Translations under genes and position numbers: made by a program
In this document: one piece after another, positions 1 through 11,472 of the stretch
Position numbering within the stretch: position 1 is the first letter of the stretch
Layout of the letters: each line of letters opens with the position of its first letter
The notes under the pieces: generated by a model
Seen by the model: only the letters and a program-made list of their open reading frames with translations
Told to the model about the DNA's origin: nothing
Databases searched by the model: none
Origin: the human T2T-CHM13v2.0 reference genome, Homo sapiens
DNA length: 64,000 bases
Direction: 5' to 3' (one strand)
Assembly (NCBI RefSeq): GCF_009914755.1
Contig: NC_060944.1

Positions 1-1289
1 TCTCCTGAGAATGCAGGCCCACACTCCCTTGTCCAGCCTGAGAAGCCCCCAGTGACAAGGAGAGTGCCCCAGATAGCCCCAGGGTCAGCCCACCCCAATC
101 TGATGCCAACTCCAGGCACAACTCCCATCAGGCGAGCGTGGGAGGAAAATAGCAGATTTTCAAAAGTCACAAATTAGAGCATGAAATCCAATGCTTGACA
201 TAAGCCTTCTGTGCAGAAACCGTGAGGCCCTCCAGAAGCATGGAAGCCCCTGTGGCGACTGAGCCCCTTTCCTGACAGAAGATCTCCCTTCTATCCACTC
301 TTTCGTTTAAGTAACTGTGTTTTAAAGACAGCTTTCTATTTCCGCTATTAGTGGAAAATCACTATCACTTGCCCTAAATAAACAATACCCTAAATGAACA
401 CAACTGCACTTAAACAGGCTCACCTGCCCCTACCCACGTCGCACAGCCACTGAAGGCTCTGAGCCCAGCGCCTGCCCTCATTGTCAAAACAAGGACATTC
501 TGGAGTGTCTGAGACTCGAAGACAAACCAGCACTAACAGGTCCTTTCTCTGCACCCTACAGGTGCGCCATCCTTAGCCCCCACCCCAGGATACCGCCCTG
601 TTAGGTCCACCCTGCCTGCTTTCCCAGAGCTGCCCCAGGCAGAGGGCCAGCCCCAGGCAGGCAGCTGGGCACAAGGAGCAGGCTGTGTGTCCTTCCCTGC
701 AGCAAGACCCAGGACAGCACAGAGACCCATGCCTCTCTGCGACCCGGGGAAATCCCAGGGCTCTCATGCCCCCTCCCTGGAGGTTCTGCACTGGTCAGAC
801 AGGAGGGGTGCATTCTGCCTGGTGGGCTGCTGTTCTGCTCAGCCCCAGGAATCCCTCCCATTTCTTAAGCCCATCCTTCCTTGGGCTTGTCCTCTCCTCC
901 CCTGCCCCTAGATGCCTGGCCCCAGTTACACAGGGAGGTAGGCGGCCCTAGGGCAATGGCCTGGGGTGGACGCTCCAGTTTCTTCCCAGCATGGCACACT
1001 CCTGTGGCATTTGACTTAGCGGTGGAGGGGGCATCCCCCAAGAGTGAGGTAAGAGAATACCCATGTCCCTAAAAGCAGACAGCAGCCTGAGAAGTCCCTT
1101 TGATGGCCCTCCTTTCTTGCTGGAGTCATTCCTGAGAGGTAAATGGAAAGAGATGGAGATGAGCAAGAGGAAGTTGAGGAGGAAGATGGTGCAGCGATGA
1201 GAGAGAACCAAGAAAAGGCGAGATGGCAACACATAGACCTATGGGAGAGACATTCAGAGATGAGGAGAATCATAGAGGCCAGAAGGAGA

Positions 1290-1960
1290 GATGCAGAGAC
1301 AGGGGAGACACAGAGACCGGGGAGAGACAGAGACAGAGACCAGGGAAGAGACAGCGACCAGGGGAGAGACAGAGACCAGGGAAGAGACAGTGACCAGGGG
1401 AGAGACAGAGACCAGGGGAGAGACAGAGACCGGGGAGAGACACAGAGACCAAGGGAGAGACACAGAGACCAAAGAGAGAGACAGAGACCAGGGGAAAGAC
1501 ACAGAGACAGGGGGAGACAGAGACCAGGGGAGAGACACAGAGACCAGGAAAGAGACAGAGACGGGGGGAGACACAGAGACTGGGAGGACAGAGACCAGGG
1601 AGAGAGACACAGAGACACAGGAGAGACACAGAGACATGGGAGAGACTCAGAGACAGGAGAGAGAAAGAGACGAGGGGAGAGACACAGAAACCAGGGGAGA
1701 CACAGAGACAGGGGAGAGACAGAGACCGGGGAGAGACAGAGACCAGGGGAGAGACAGTGACCAGGGGAGAGACACAGAGACCAGGGGAGAGACACAGAAA
1801 CCGGGGGGGGCACAGAGACTGGGGGGGACACAGAGACCAGGGGGAGAGACACAGAGACACGGGAGAGACACAGAGACTGGCAAAAACACAGAGACCAGGG
1901 GAGAGACTCAGAGACAGGAAAGAGACAGAGACCAGGGGAGAGACACAGAGACCCAGGGGC
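1290..1960. repeat. Degenerate GA-rich minisatellite (~18-20 bp, GAGACACAGAGACCAGGGGA-like)
   Basis: Repeated GAGACACAGAGAC/CAGGGGA units; source of several spurious ORFs. Confidence 0.95.
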
Positions 1961-4269
1961 AGGTGCTGAGAGAGTGATGGGGACCTGAACCCTGAGAAAG
2001 GACTGGCAGATGTGTCCTGGAGGGAGGGACAGAACAAGGGCCGTTCCAGCCCTACCCCGGGACCATGAGCTGCAGGCCATCCAGCAGCTGTCAGCCCAGC
2101 CAAGGATGGCCTTGTTCTCTGCACCCCGAGCCAAGCCACTTCTGAGGGAGCTCCACCTTTGGAGGATTGGTGCCTGGGCCAGCTGGGCCCCACAAGCGCC
2201 TCTGTGGTGGAGCTCCCTCTGGTGGGGTCCTGAGTGCTGGGGCCGCTGAGAACATAGGGGGAGGGGCATTGAGCCAAGTCCCGCCCTTGTGACCAGGAGG
2301 GGGCTCCATGGGGGACACCTGAGGGCCTGAGGAAGGAGAGGGCGCCCTGTCAGATGCCGCCTGCTCCCACTTAGAGGTCAGGCTGTAACTGAGGAGGCCA
2401 CACAGAGTCCCCACCCCATGTGGACTCAGGGACAAAGAGCCCTCACCCTGTGGCCACGCTGGCCGCATCCAACTTTGCTGGGTCCCATGGAGGGGGACCC
2501 AGGGCTGGGAGAGACCCTGCCCCAGCTCTGCGTAGGTCTGTTCTGGGTGGTCCTGAGGCCCAGGTTCAAAAGGAAAGTGCCCTAAATGGGTGTCCTGCTG
2601 CATGCCTGGGGTGGCCCCAAAGCCAAGCAGGAGGGGTTCCCGCTGGAGGAGTCGAGGCCACAAGGCCCCAGAGCCTTCTCGAAGCTCCTGCTCTCAAACT
2701 CCTCCATCTTTCTAGAGAAGAGAGCAGTGCTGGGGCAAGCTGCTCACCCCTCACTCCTCCAGGGTAATTTGCTGACACCAAGATCCCTAGGTGGGGCCAG
2801 CAGGGGCCAGCCTCCCTACCCTCCCCGCAACACACCCTCTAGGACCCTAGGCTAGGCTTGGAGGCAATGGGAAGGAGGCAGCTGCCCAAAGCCAAGAGGC
2901 GCCCTGTAGAGGGGGCCAGCCCTGGGCAAGGGGCGGGGGCCGGGGGCTGCTGGCCCAGGCTCCATATCCCCAATTCCCCAGCAACAGTGCATGGCCAGGG
3001 AGGCTGGGACTGGCCAGGTTCGCACCTCAGGCTGAAATATTGGCCCCTGGGGAACAAAAGGCCTATTCCCGCCATGGGCCAGGCACCCAGCTCCCCTCGC
3101 TCCACACTGGCTCCCGCCTCCCTGCCCGCCCAGGCGCAGTGCTTACCTGGCCTCTATTCTGCCCAGCTCTCAGCCCAGTAGCTCTGGCGGGACCCACAAG
3201 GAGTTCCGCCTCTGGGATGGTCAGTCCAAGGTCTATGTATTCCTTCTCACTGGGGCCAGGGAGGAGGGGGCCAGGCCGGGAGCAGAGAGAAAGGGGCCGT
3301 GGCCTCATTTCCATGCGGAGGCCCCAGGCCCTGTGCTATCCCCACCCTATTGTGCGCCTGGGCGGGCTGACAATCGAGGTCTTTGTGGTCGGTTGCTGCA
3401 CTCCCACCATCAGCGCTCAGGCAGGCGGGGTCCCTGCCACCCGCTACAAAGGGTGAGGAGGAGCAAGACCAGGAGAGGCCCTCCCTCTCCCCACCAGGCA
3501 CGGGGCCCCACGACTGGCCTCGTCCAGACCCAAGCCCAGGGGACAGGTGTGGAGGGAGCACCTGCAGATGGAGTCTCCCTGCTCCCTGCCCCTTGCCTCT
3601 GAGTTTGTGCGTGGGGCCAGTTGCCATGTTTGCACTCCCACCCCCTAGTCCTGGGGATCAAGCTGCCTGGCAGTGTCCCTGGAGCTCCTGGGGGTGGAAG
3701 AGGGCCCCTGCTAGGTGGGATGGGCCTTCGGGGGCCCCTGCTCCTCATGGCACCAAGCATCTGCCCACCTCTGGAGGTTAAGCCTGGCGTGGGAGGAATG
3801 GGAGGCCCCCTTACCCACAGGGGAGATGTTTGGGGTCACAGTCACAGATGCTGGGTGGGAGGGGGACCCAGGCCTTGCTGCAGAGCCAGACAGAAGTCTC
3901 CGCCATCCCTGGGTGAGGCACTGGGTGGGGGCCTCTGAGCTCCTTTGACCACCCCAGCTGGAACTGGGAAGCTGTGGGCCACTGGGAGGCAAGGGTCCCC
4001 ACCCCCTCTGCCACCCACATCTGTACTGTGGGCACCTCCATCTGGCCTTCCACATCCTCCCCACCTCCGCATGCTGCAGGGGCTGGGTGGGGGGTGGTCT
4101 GCAGCAGACTCCAAAGGAGGCGAGGGTCAAGGGTCAAGAGGTGGTGAGCCAGCTGTTCCCAGATGTGGCCCGCGGCCTTTCCTCTTTCTGGAGGAATGAC
4201 AGGCCTCCCGCAGAGGAGGAGCGGGTGGTGACGAGGGAGAAGGAGCGGAAAGGGAGGGGTTCTCCACGG

Positions 4270-4960
4270 GTTCTGTTGATTTGTTTAATCCCACGCTATT
4301 CGGAGGCTTTCACGGATGGCGGAGAAGAGGGAGGGGGAGGGGGTGGGGGTCTCGGCCCGTGTTTCCTCCCCTCCTCCCGCTCCCGCCCCCGCCGGAGCCA
4401 CCTGACCCGTAGCGAAGTTGCCGGCCCCGCTGCGCGCCGGCCTTTGTGCGCACCGAGGCGGCCGCCGGGAACCGGGAGCCCGAGCTGGCCCGGCAGCGCC
4501 GCCGCCCCCACCTTCGCGCCCCTTTTCACTCCCCCACTGTCCCCGGAGCTGGCAAATAAACAAATCCACAAACAAATTATCCGTGTGCTCCGGAGAGGCG
4601 GCGGCGTGGGCGGCGGCGGAGAGAAGGCGCCGGGCAAGGCGAGACTAGGCCCCCGCGGAGCGGGGGAAGCACAGACCCCAGCCCGGGCCCGGCAGCAGTA
4701 AGTTGACTTTTATGAAACCTACGAAGCTCGCGGGGCCACCGAAAAGGTCCCCACCGGAGCGGACTCTGCGGGGCGGGCGGGGCAGAGGCTGCAGGCGGGC
4801 TCCCCTTCCCGCGCGGCTCCTACCGGCCGGCTCCGCCCCCAAGCCCTGGACGGCCCTTCCCCCAGCCCGCCTGGCTGGGGGCCGCTGCACACCGGGGGTG
4901 GAAGTGGGGAGCCGGGGACCCCGATCGCTACTCAGGACTCCAAGAGGGGCCGGGTTCTTC
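4270..4960. promoter_or_regulatory. Upstream CpG-rich element with forkhead-like AT-rich motifs
   Basis: CpG-dense block with GATTTGTTTA (4278-4287) and AATAAACAAATCCACAAACAAAT (4555-4577). Confidence 0.6.
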
Positions 4961-5411
4961 TAGGGATGTACAAAAATCTAGGGTGACCCAAGGGAAGGGG
5001 GCGACCCCCAGCCTTCCACCTTACCCACCCCGGCCTGCCAGAGAGCCCTCCGCCAAAGGTAAAGTGGGAAGGACGAAGGTGCTCCGCCAGGTGAGGGAAC
5101 AGGTCTGCCAGGGGCGGCGATCCACCCTGCCCCAGGTGGAGCCGGTCCTGTACGGAAAAGAGACCCAAAGAAAGATTTGGGGTCCCCGAAGCCAAGGTAC
5201 CGATGGGGGGTGCTAAGGAGTCTTTCCCCTTAGAATGGGAACAAGCTCCAAGGAGCTGGAATCCCGAGGCGTCCTGGACCCGTCCAGGAAGCTAAGGGTG
5301 GGGGACGGGAGGGGAGGGGGCCGGGAGCCGGCCTCCCTGGCCCCAACCCTTGGTGAGAAGAGGGCTGGGGGTATAAAGTCCGAAAGTGAGGCGGAGGTTT
5401 CAGGGTTCCGT

Positions 5412-5432
5412 TTCAACACCATGGACAGCGGA
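5412..5432 (+). promoter_or_regulatory. RE1/NRSE (REST-binding) element
   Basis: TTCAACACCATGGACAGCGGA versus consensus TTCAGCACCACGGACAGCGCC. Confidence 0.85.
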
Positions 5433-6836
5433 TGCCTCAGACTGGGAGCCTAGGACCGCCCTGGGGACTGCCCCCGTTTCATTAGGGTGAGGGTCCGATT
5501 CCGACCACTGGAGGCCAAGGGCAACTGTCTCCAATGAAGCGGGGCTGCTGCAGCCTGGCCTCCCCAGCCCTCCAGCCCCTCCAGCGTCCGGCTTGCACCT
5601 GCTGAGGCTGCCGGCACCCGCAGGCTTGGGGCAGCTTCCAGAGCTTTGCGCTTGGAACAGAAGGTTCCCCTTGGGCTGTGGAGGAGTAGAGGGCTTGTGC
5701 GTGACCTGTGAGAAAGAAAGATTGTCCCTGACACTTGCGAAGGGCGAGGAATTGCGGCTGGGAAGGGTCAGGTTGAAGCCGCACCAAAGGGGGAGGGGCG
5801 TCCTGATGGTTGAGGACCGGCGGAGTCGGTGCGGGCAGAACCAACCCGAGTTCCTGCCGCCCTTCCTAACCGGCTGTCCATGGGCTGGGCAGTGCTGGAG
5901 AGGGTGGAAAAGGAAGGAAGCAGGACCTGCTCCCAGGGAGGCCCAGGCTCTGCTCCGAGGGCAGATGGCGCAGGGGCTGGGTTGGCCCTAGGAGGAAGGA
6001 GATGGGGACAGAGGCCTGCCGGCCGCGCCGGCCTGCGCTCCTTGCAGTCTAAACAAAGGCCAGCGGGGGAGGCTCCGGACGGTGAGGCTTGGGGAAGCCA
6101 CTGATCCCTGGCCCTAGAGGGCCAGATCGGGGGCGCCCCAAGGACCCTATCGAGCTGGCAGTGACTGCAGTCGGGCCGTGGAGTGTCGCCTGTGATTCCG
6201 TGGTCCCTACGGGCAAGAGCTCCCATCCCGGTCTGAAACTGTGAGAACCGCAAGCTCCGATGGGGGCGGGGAAGGACGACCTTTAATTCCCACCCCACTG
6301 TACGGAGCCCAGCAGGGCCATCCGCAGGAGGCCGGCGGGACCCTTGCCTTTCTCAGGACTGAGAGGCTTGGAGGACCGCGGTGTGAGCTGCGCGGCAGAG
6401 TGCGTTCTGCAGGCGCCAGACAGGAGACGCGAACCCGCGGTCAGGGCCCGAGTGCGGGTGCGTGTCTGCGGGTGCCGCTGGGCTGCGTGCCGGCGAGGCG
6501 TGCGCGTGGCGAGGCGTGCGCGTGGCGGGGTGTGGCTGGAGGTGTCAATGTGCAGCTGGAGGGGCTGCGCGCGTGGGTGCAGGAGGGCCATGTGAGGGGC
6601 TGGAGTGTGTGGGAGACAGGCGTTTCCTTGGGTCTCCGTGTGGCCGCCGGGCGCAGGGCACGGTCGAGGGCGCTCGATGGCTGCGTCCGCGTGAGCCGAG
6701 GAGCGCGCGGGGCGGGACGCGGTGCGAATGCGCGGGAGGCACGAGGCGCGCAGTGCGTGTGTGCGCGTGTGCGCGGCGCGCGTGCCCCGCAGTTCTCAAG
6801 GACACCTCGGGGAGGCAGCGGCGGGGCCGGTGTCCG

Positions 6837-6848
6837 GGTGACGTCACC
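6837..6848. promoter_or_regulatory. Full palindromic CRE (GGTGACGTCACC)
   Basis: TGACGTCA core extended to a 12-bp palindrome in the CpG island. Confidence 0.65.
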
Positions 6849-7805
6849 GCGCGCCCCAGTGATAATCGGCCGGTGCCGGAGCGGAGCGCGGATACGCGCG
6901 GAGGCAGCGGCGGCGGCGGCGGCGGCGGCGGGCGCGGGGACAGTTGCATCGGGGCCGGGCCGGGCTAGCAGGAGCTGGGCGCCTGCAGCGTGGACCCCGT
7001 GGACACTCGGCTCGCAGCCGGCCTGCGGCGCTCGGGGACTTGCCTGGCTCCCTTCTCGGGGTTCCCGCGCCCTTCTCCGCCCAGGGCAGCAGCGCGCGGG
7101 GCCCCCGGGAGCCGAAGAGCAGGCGGGAACTGGCGGCGGCGCGGGAGGCGCAGGGAGCGGAGGCGGCAGCAGCGGCTCCCGCCAGGACTGGTAATTACGC
7201 TCGGGGCCGGGCCGGGGCGAGCCGGGCAAGCGGCCTCTCTGGGTCTCCCCGTCTTTCTCTCCACGAACAGCTCGAGCGCCTTCTCGCGGGCCCGCTGCGC
7301 GCGGAGAGGACGAGCTCGCTGGGTTGTAAAAAGAGACGAGTTTTCATCTTTGAGCATCGAGATTCGTTCTTTTAACCGCATTCGGTGCGCGCTCCTGGGT
7401 CGGCACGGGCAGGGCGACGGCAGGGGAAGGCAGCTGCGGAGGAGCTCGCGCCGCCCAGTCGGAGCGGTTCTGCGCCCCTCGGAGCCCCGCGGGAGGCGGC
7501 CGGGTGCGCACGCGCTCACCACCCCCACCCCCGGAATCCGTCTTCGCGATTCCCGGGCGCCCCAGCTCCAGGAACGCCCGGAGGGACGCACTTGGGGGCC
7601 CACTCTCTGCCGCGGAAAGGGGAGAAGTGTGGGCTCCTCCGAGTCGGGGGCGGACTGGGACAGCACAGTCGGCTGAGCGCAGCGCCCCCGCCCTGCCCGC
7701 CACGCGGCGAAGACGCCTGAGCGTTCGCGCCCCTCGGGCGAGGACCCCACGCAAGCCCGAGCCGGTCCCGACCCTGGCCCCGACGCTCGCCGCCCGCCCC
7801 AGCCC

Positions 7806-7892
7806 TGAGGGCCCCTCTGCGTGTTCACAGCGGACCTTGATTTAATGTCTATACAATTAAGGCACGCGGTGAATGCCAAGAGAGGCGCCTCC
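7806..7892 (+). ncRNA. MIR124-3: pre-miR-124-3 stem-loop (5p arm 7820-7841; mature miR-124-3p 7858-7879)
   Basis: Contains CGTGTTCACAGCGGACCTTGAT (miR-124-5p) and TAAGGCACGCGGTGAATGCCAA (miR-124-3p). The loop TTAATGTCTATACAAT and flanks TGAGGGCCCCTCTG/GAGAGGCGCCTCC match my recall of the -3 paralog. Confidence 0.98.
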
Positions 7893-8292
7893 GCCGCTCC
7901 TTTCTCATGGAAATGGCCCGCGAGCCCGTCCGGCCCAGCGCCCCTCCCGCGGGAGGAAGGCGAGCCCGGCCCCCGGCGGCCATTCGCGCCGCGGACAAAT
8001 CCGGCGAACAATGCGCCCGCCCAGAGTGCGGCCCAGCTGCCGGGCCGGGGATCTGGCCGCGGGACACAAAGGGGCCCGCACGCCTCTGGCGTCGCGGGGC
8101 GGGTGGGGGCGGCCGAGGGCGGCCGAGGGGGGAGCCTGCGGCCGGGGCCAGGCTGTGGCCAGCCGGCCCCCGGCCACGTGTGTCCGCAGCGCGGAGCGCC
8201 CAGGCGCCCGCAGAGGGCGGCGGGGCCCGGGAGACAAAGGGAGGGTCCACGGGGAGCGGCGGGCGGGTGCGTGGGGCGGCGGGCTAGGGTGC

Positions 8293-8313
8293 GGCGCTGT
8301 CCGCGGTGCTGGC
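8293..8313 (-). promoter_or_regulatory. RE1/NRSE (REST-binding) element
   Basis: Minus strand reads GCCAGCACCGCGGACAGCGCC, a close match to the RE1 consensus. Confidence 0.85.
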
Positions 8314-11309
8314 GGCGGGGCGGCCCCCGCGGGACGGGAGGGCGGCCAAGTGCGGCCCTCGCCCCCACAGCGGGCGCCCTGGACAGTTGCCACGGCAACG
8401 TGGGAGGAGGTGGGGCAGGGTCTGAGGTCACCGCTAAGTCTGCCCTTCCTCGGGCCGCTGCGCCGCGGGGCGGGGCGGGGGCGGCGCTCGCTGTGGCCCC
8501 GGAGCAGCCCCCGCAGCCCAGGACCAGGCTTGCATGGGGACGGGGGTCTGCGTCCGCGTCCAGGGTCCAAACGAGGGCGGTGGACACGCCGGACCGCATC
8601 CCGCCCCCAAAGCCGGCTCTGGGCTGTGCAGGACCAGGCACGTGAGACTCCGCAGCCCAGGGAGAAAATGACAAATCCCTCCCCCGCCGCCATCTGCAGC
8701 CGCAGTGACACCCACTCGGGTTTGCTGCAGGGGTTTTTTTTCTGTCCCCGGAAGCCAGCGCCACCTGCTGACGCCCGGCACCGCCTCTGCGCCGCCTCCC
8801 CCGCGCCCATCCCAGGCCCCGGCTGGGCTGTGATGCCCCGGTAACAGTCAGAGGACGACCCCCTCCCCAAAAGCCCCCTTCCCCTGGGGCGAGTGCCAGA
8901 CCTGGCTTTGCAGCTTTGCCTCTTTCCTCTTAACCAGGTAGAGGCTGAGCCTCTCCTCCCCGGCTTCAATCCGAGGCAGGAGTCTGAGTCACCTGAAGTT
9001 CTCCCAGCTCCAGGCCCAAGGCAGGGAGCAGAAGATCAGGATAAAAGGAACCATTTGAGTTTCAGGCAGTGGCATCTCCACCCCCACCACCGCCGCTGCA
9101 GGGCCACAAAGGGAACCTGCCTCTGCGGCTGTCCTCAGCACAGACCTCCAGCCCCTCCACCCAAGTCGCCTGCTGCAGACACAAGCAGGAGCCACTGGTG
9201 CCTCCATCTTCCCACCCCCACCCCAGTCAGCCAGGCAGAGTCAGAACACGGTCCACCAGTCTCCTCAGGGGCAGGTTCCCCCTGGAGGGCACAGAAGTGG
9301 CATAGGCAGCCCCAGCAAGCCCCGGCCTGACCACAACACTGACCCCGGGGCTTGGCGTCCCCTTCTTCCTTCCTCCCGCTGTGAGGGGACAGGCAGCATC
9401 CCCCAGGGGCACTTCTGGTCCTAGAGAAGGGGAAGGGGCCCCAGGATCGTTCCAGGACAACACCAAAGGGACTGGTGGGAGTGGGGTGTTCCTTCGGGGT
9501 ACAAGATGTGGCCCTAGCCTAGCTGGAGCTTCCTCTTGGAGCTCTGACCTCCAGCCTGGCCCTTCCCTCGGAGGGAAGGTGGCCCCTGGCTGCTCCCTCC
9601 TCTGGGGCCAGAGATGGGGGCTGGGGCTTTGTTCTTGTACCACTTTCCTTCCTGGGGAGGGGACTTGGCTCCTGGCCAGAATGGACCTTCCATGTCAGCC
9701 TGGGGAGGGGGACACTTGAGAGCTGGTGGGAGCGCATGGGCAAACTGCCCTTGGCACTGTCCCTAGACAGTCAGTCTCTGTGGGGTCTCCTAGGAAGAGC
9801 TTCCTGGACTCTGTCACGGTCAGGGAGCTACCTCTCCTGATGCCTGCCCCCAGTGGTGCACCTGGGCCCCAGCCCCCAGGGCAGACTTGTGGCTTCTGGG
9901 CTGGAGCTCAGGGGGTCACAGGAAGGTGGGCAGCCCAGTAGGTATGGGGCACACGGGGGGAAGCTCACTGCGAAGGAGCTGCAGAGCTGAGTGCGCACCT
10001 TCTTGGGCCAGGCCTTACCATAGCTGTAGCACCGTCTGCCGCAGTGCGGGGAGGGCCCCATGTGCCACAGGGTCCACTCGGACCTGCAGCAGCTGAGCTG
10101 CTGGCCTCAGTGAGAGGCCCTTGGGGCAGGGGCCACCATCACCATGCTTTGCAGCCAACATGGACTGCCCTGCATGTCCAGCTCAGCCTCTCCTCCTCCT
10201 GCTCACACCCGCAGCCACAGTCACAGACATGCTCACACAGTCTCACCTCCCACGCACACACAGACACTGCCCGCCTCCACTCAGGAAGAGCTGGGCACAT
10301 ACCCCCAACTGAATCCTCAGCACCCAGCCTGCATTGGGTCGGCTGCCAGGCAGTGGTCCTGGTGGACAGCAAACTTGAGCCAAGGGCTTGGGACACCCTC
10401 TGACCAGACCATGACACCCAGCAAGGCCAGCTCAGGGCTATCCAGCAGGGCCCTCCCCAGTGTGGGACCAGAGGAAGACATCCCTTCCCTGACCCAAAGA
10501 TTTTTATTCTGAATAAAACCTAATAAAGCTGCTGAGGCTGAAGCCACAGGCCCCACAGTCCCCTCTGAAATTCCTCCAAATCCCCCGGTCCACGAGCAGC
10601 AGAGGTGGGAGGAGCTGCAGGGGCCAGGCCACAATCAGCAGGGGCCAGGGCAGCCAGTCCCTCTATTCTGCAGCCCCTGGTCTCCACCTTGATCTCACCT
10701 CCAGGTAGGGCTCCCTGTGTGGCCATTGGCCAGGAGCCCCCACCCTCCTTCCCCTCAAGTCCAAGCCCCCTGGCAGGTCTCTGGCCAGGGCAGAGATTAG
10801 GAGCTGGCTCTCAGCCTCCCTGCCCCTGGCTGCCTCCTGGCCGTGCCCATAAGCCGGGCTCCTGGCAGTGATGACCCCAGAGCTCAGACCCTCACAGCCC
10901 AGCCTTCACCCCTGGTGCCCAGACCAGCTGCTATTTTGGGGCTGTGGGTGCCAGGAACAGTTGGCAGCTGGGTGGGGTGGGGCATAGGGGATAATGTTTG
11001 GGAATGAATTAAAAACTAAAAAATGAAATGATACAGGGTGACTCCCTCCAGCTTATTAGAGGGATGGAGAGGCCTTGCCCGACAGTGAGAGCACAGAGCA
11101 GAGAAGTCTGCCTCTGCTTGGTGACCCTGTCCCGAGGTGCCAGGAAGGTAGCAGGGTCTTCTCAAGTCACCGCTAGCCAGGGACATGGGCCAGAGGCAGC
11201 CCTGGAATCCAGCAGGCTTGGCATTGGTCCTGGGACCACTCATGACATGCACGTGCACACACAGACACCCTGGAGCCTTATGTCCTGTGGCCCCCAGGGC
11301 TGCCACAGA

Positions 11310-11472
11310 GCCAGAAAGCAGGACCCTCCCTCACACGCATCGCCAGAAAGCAGGACCCTCCCTCACGGGCACCGCCAGAAAGCAGGACCCTCCCTCACAT
11401 GCACCGCCAGAAAGCAGGACCCTCCCTCACATGCACCACCAGAAAGCAGGACCCTCCCTCAAATGCATCGCC
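11310..11472. repeat. 32-bp VNTR, ~5 copies
   Basis: GCCAGAAAGCAGGACCCTCCCTCACATGCACC; starts at 11310, 11342, 11374, 11406, 11438. Confidence 0.95.

Larger units (their letters stand above)
6300..8850. promoter_or_regulatory. CpG island over the miR-124-3 promoter/host transcript
   Basis: Dense CpG and GC around the hairpin; palindromic CRE at 6837-6848; (GCG)8 at 6907-6930. Confidence 0.9.

Noticed and set aside
1016-2277. Long ORFs (417, 335, 205, 228 aa), one resembling an RD/RS-domain protein
   Set aside because: Open in several frames on both strands because of the GA-rich minisatellite; no domain outside the repeat.
6241-8969. ORFs of 317-599 aa over the miR-124-3 island
   Set aside because: Extreme GC content depletes stop codons; Ala/Gly/Pro/Arg-rich and overlapping on both strands.
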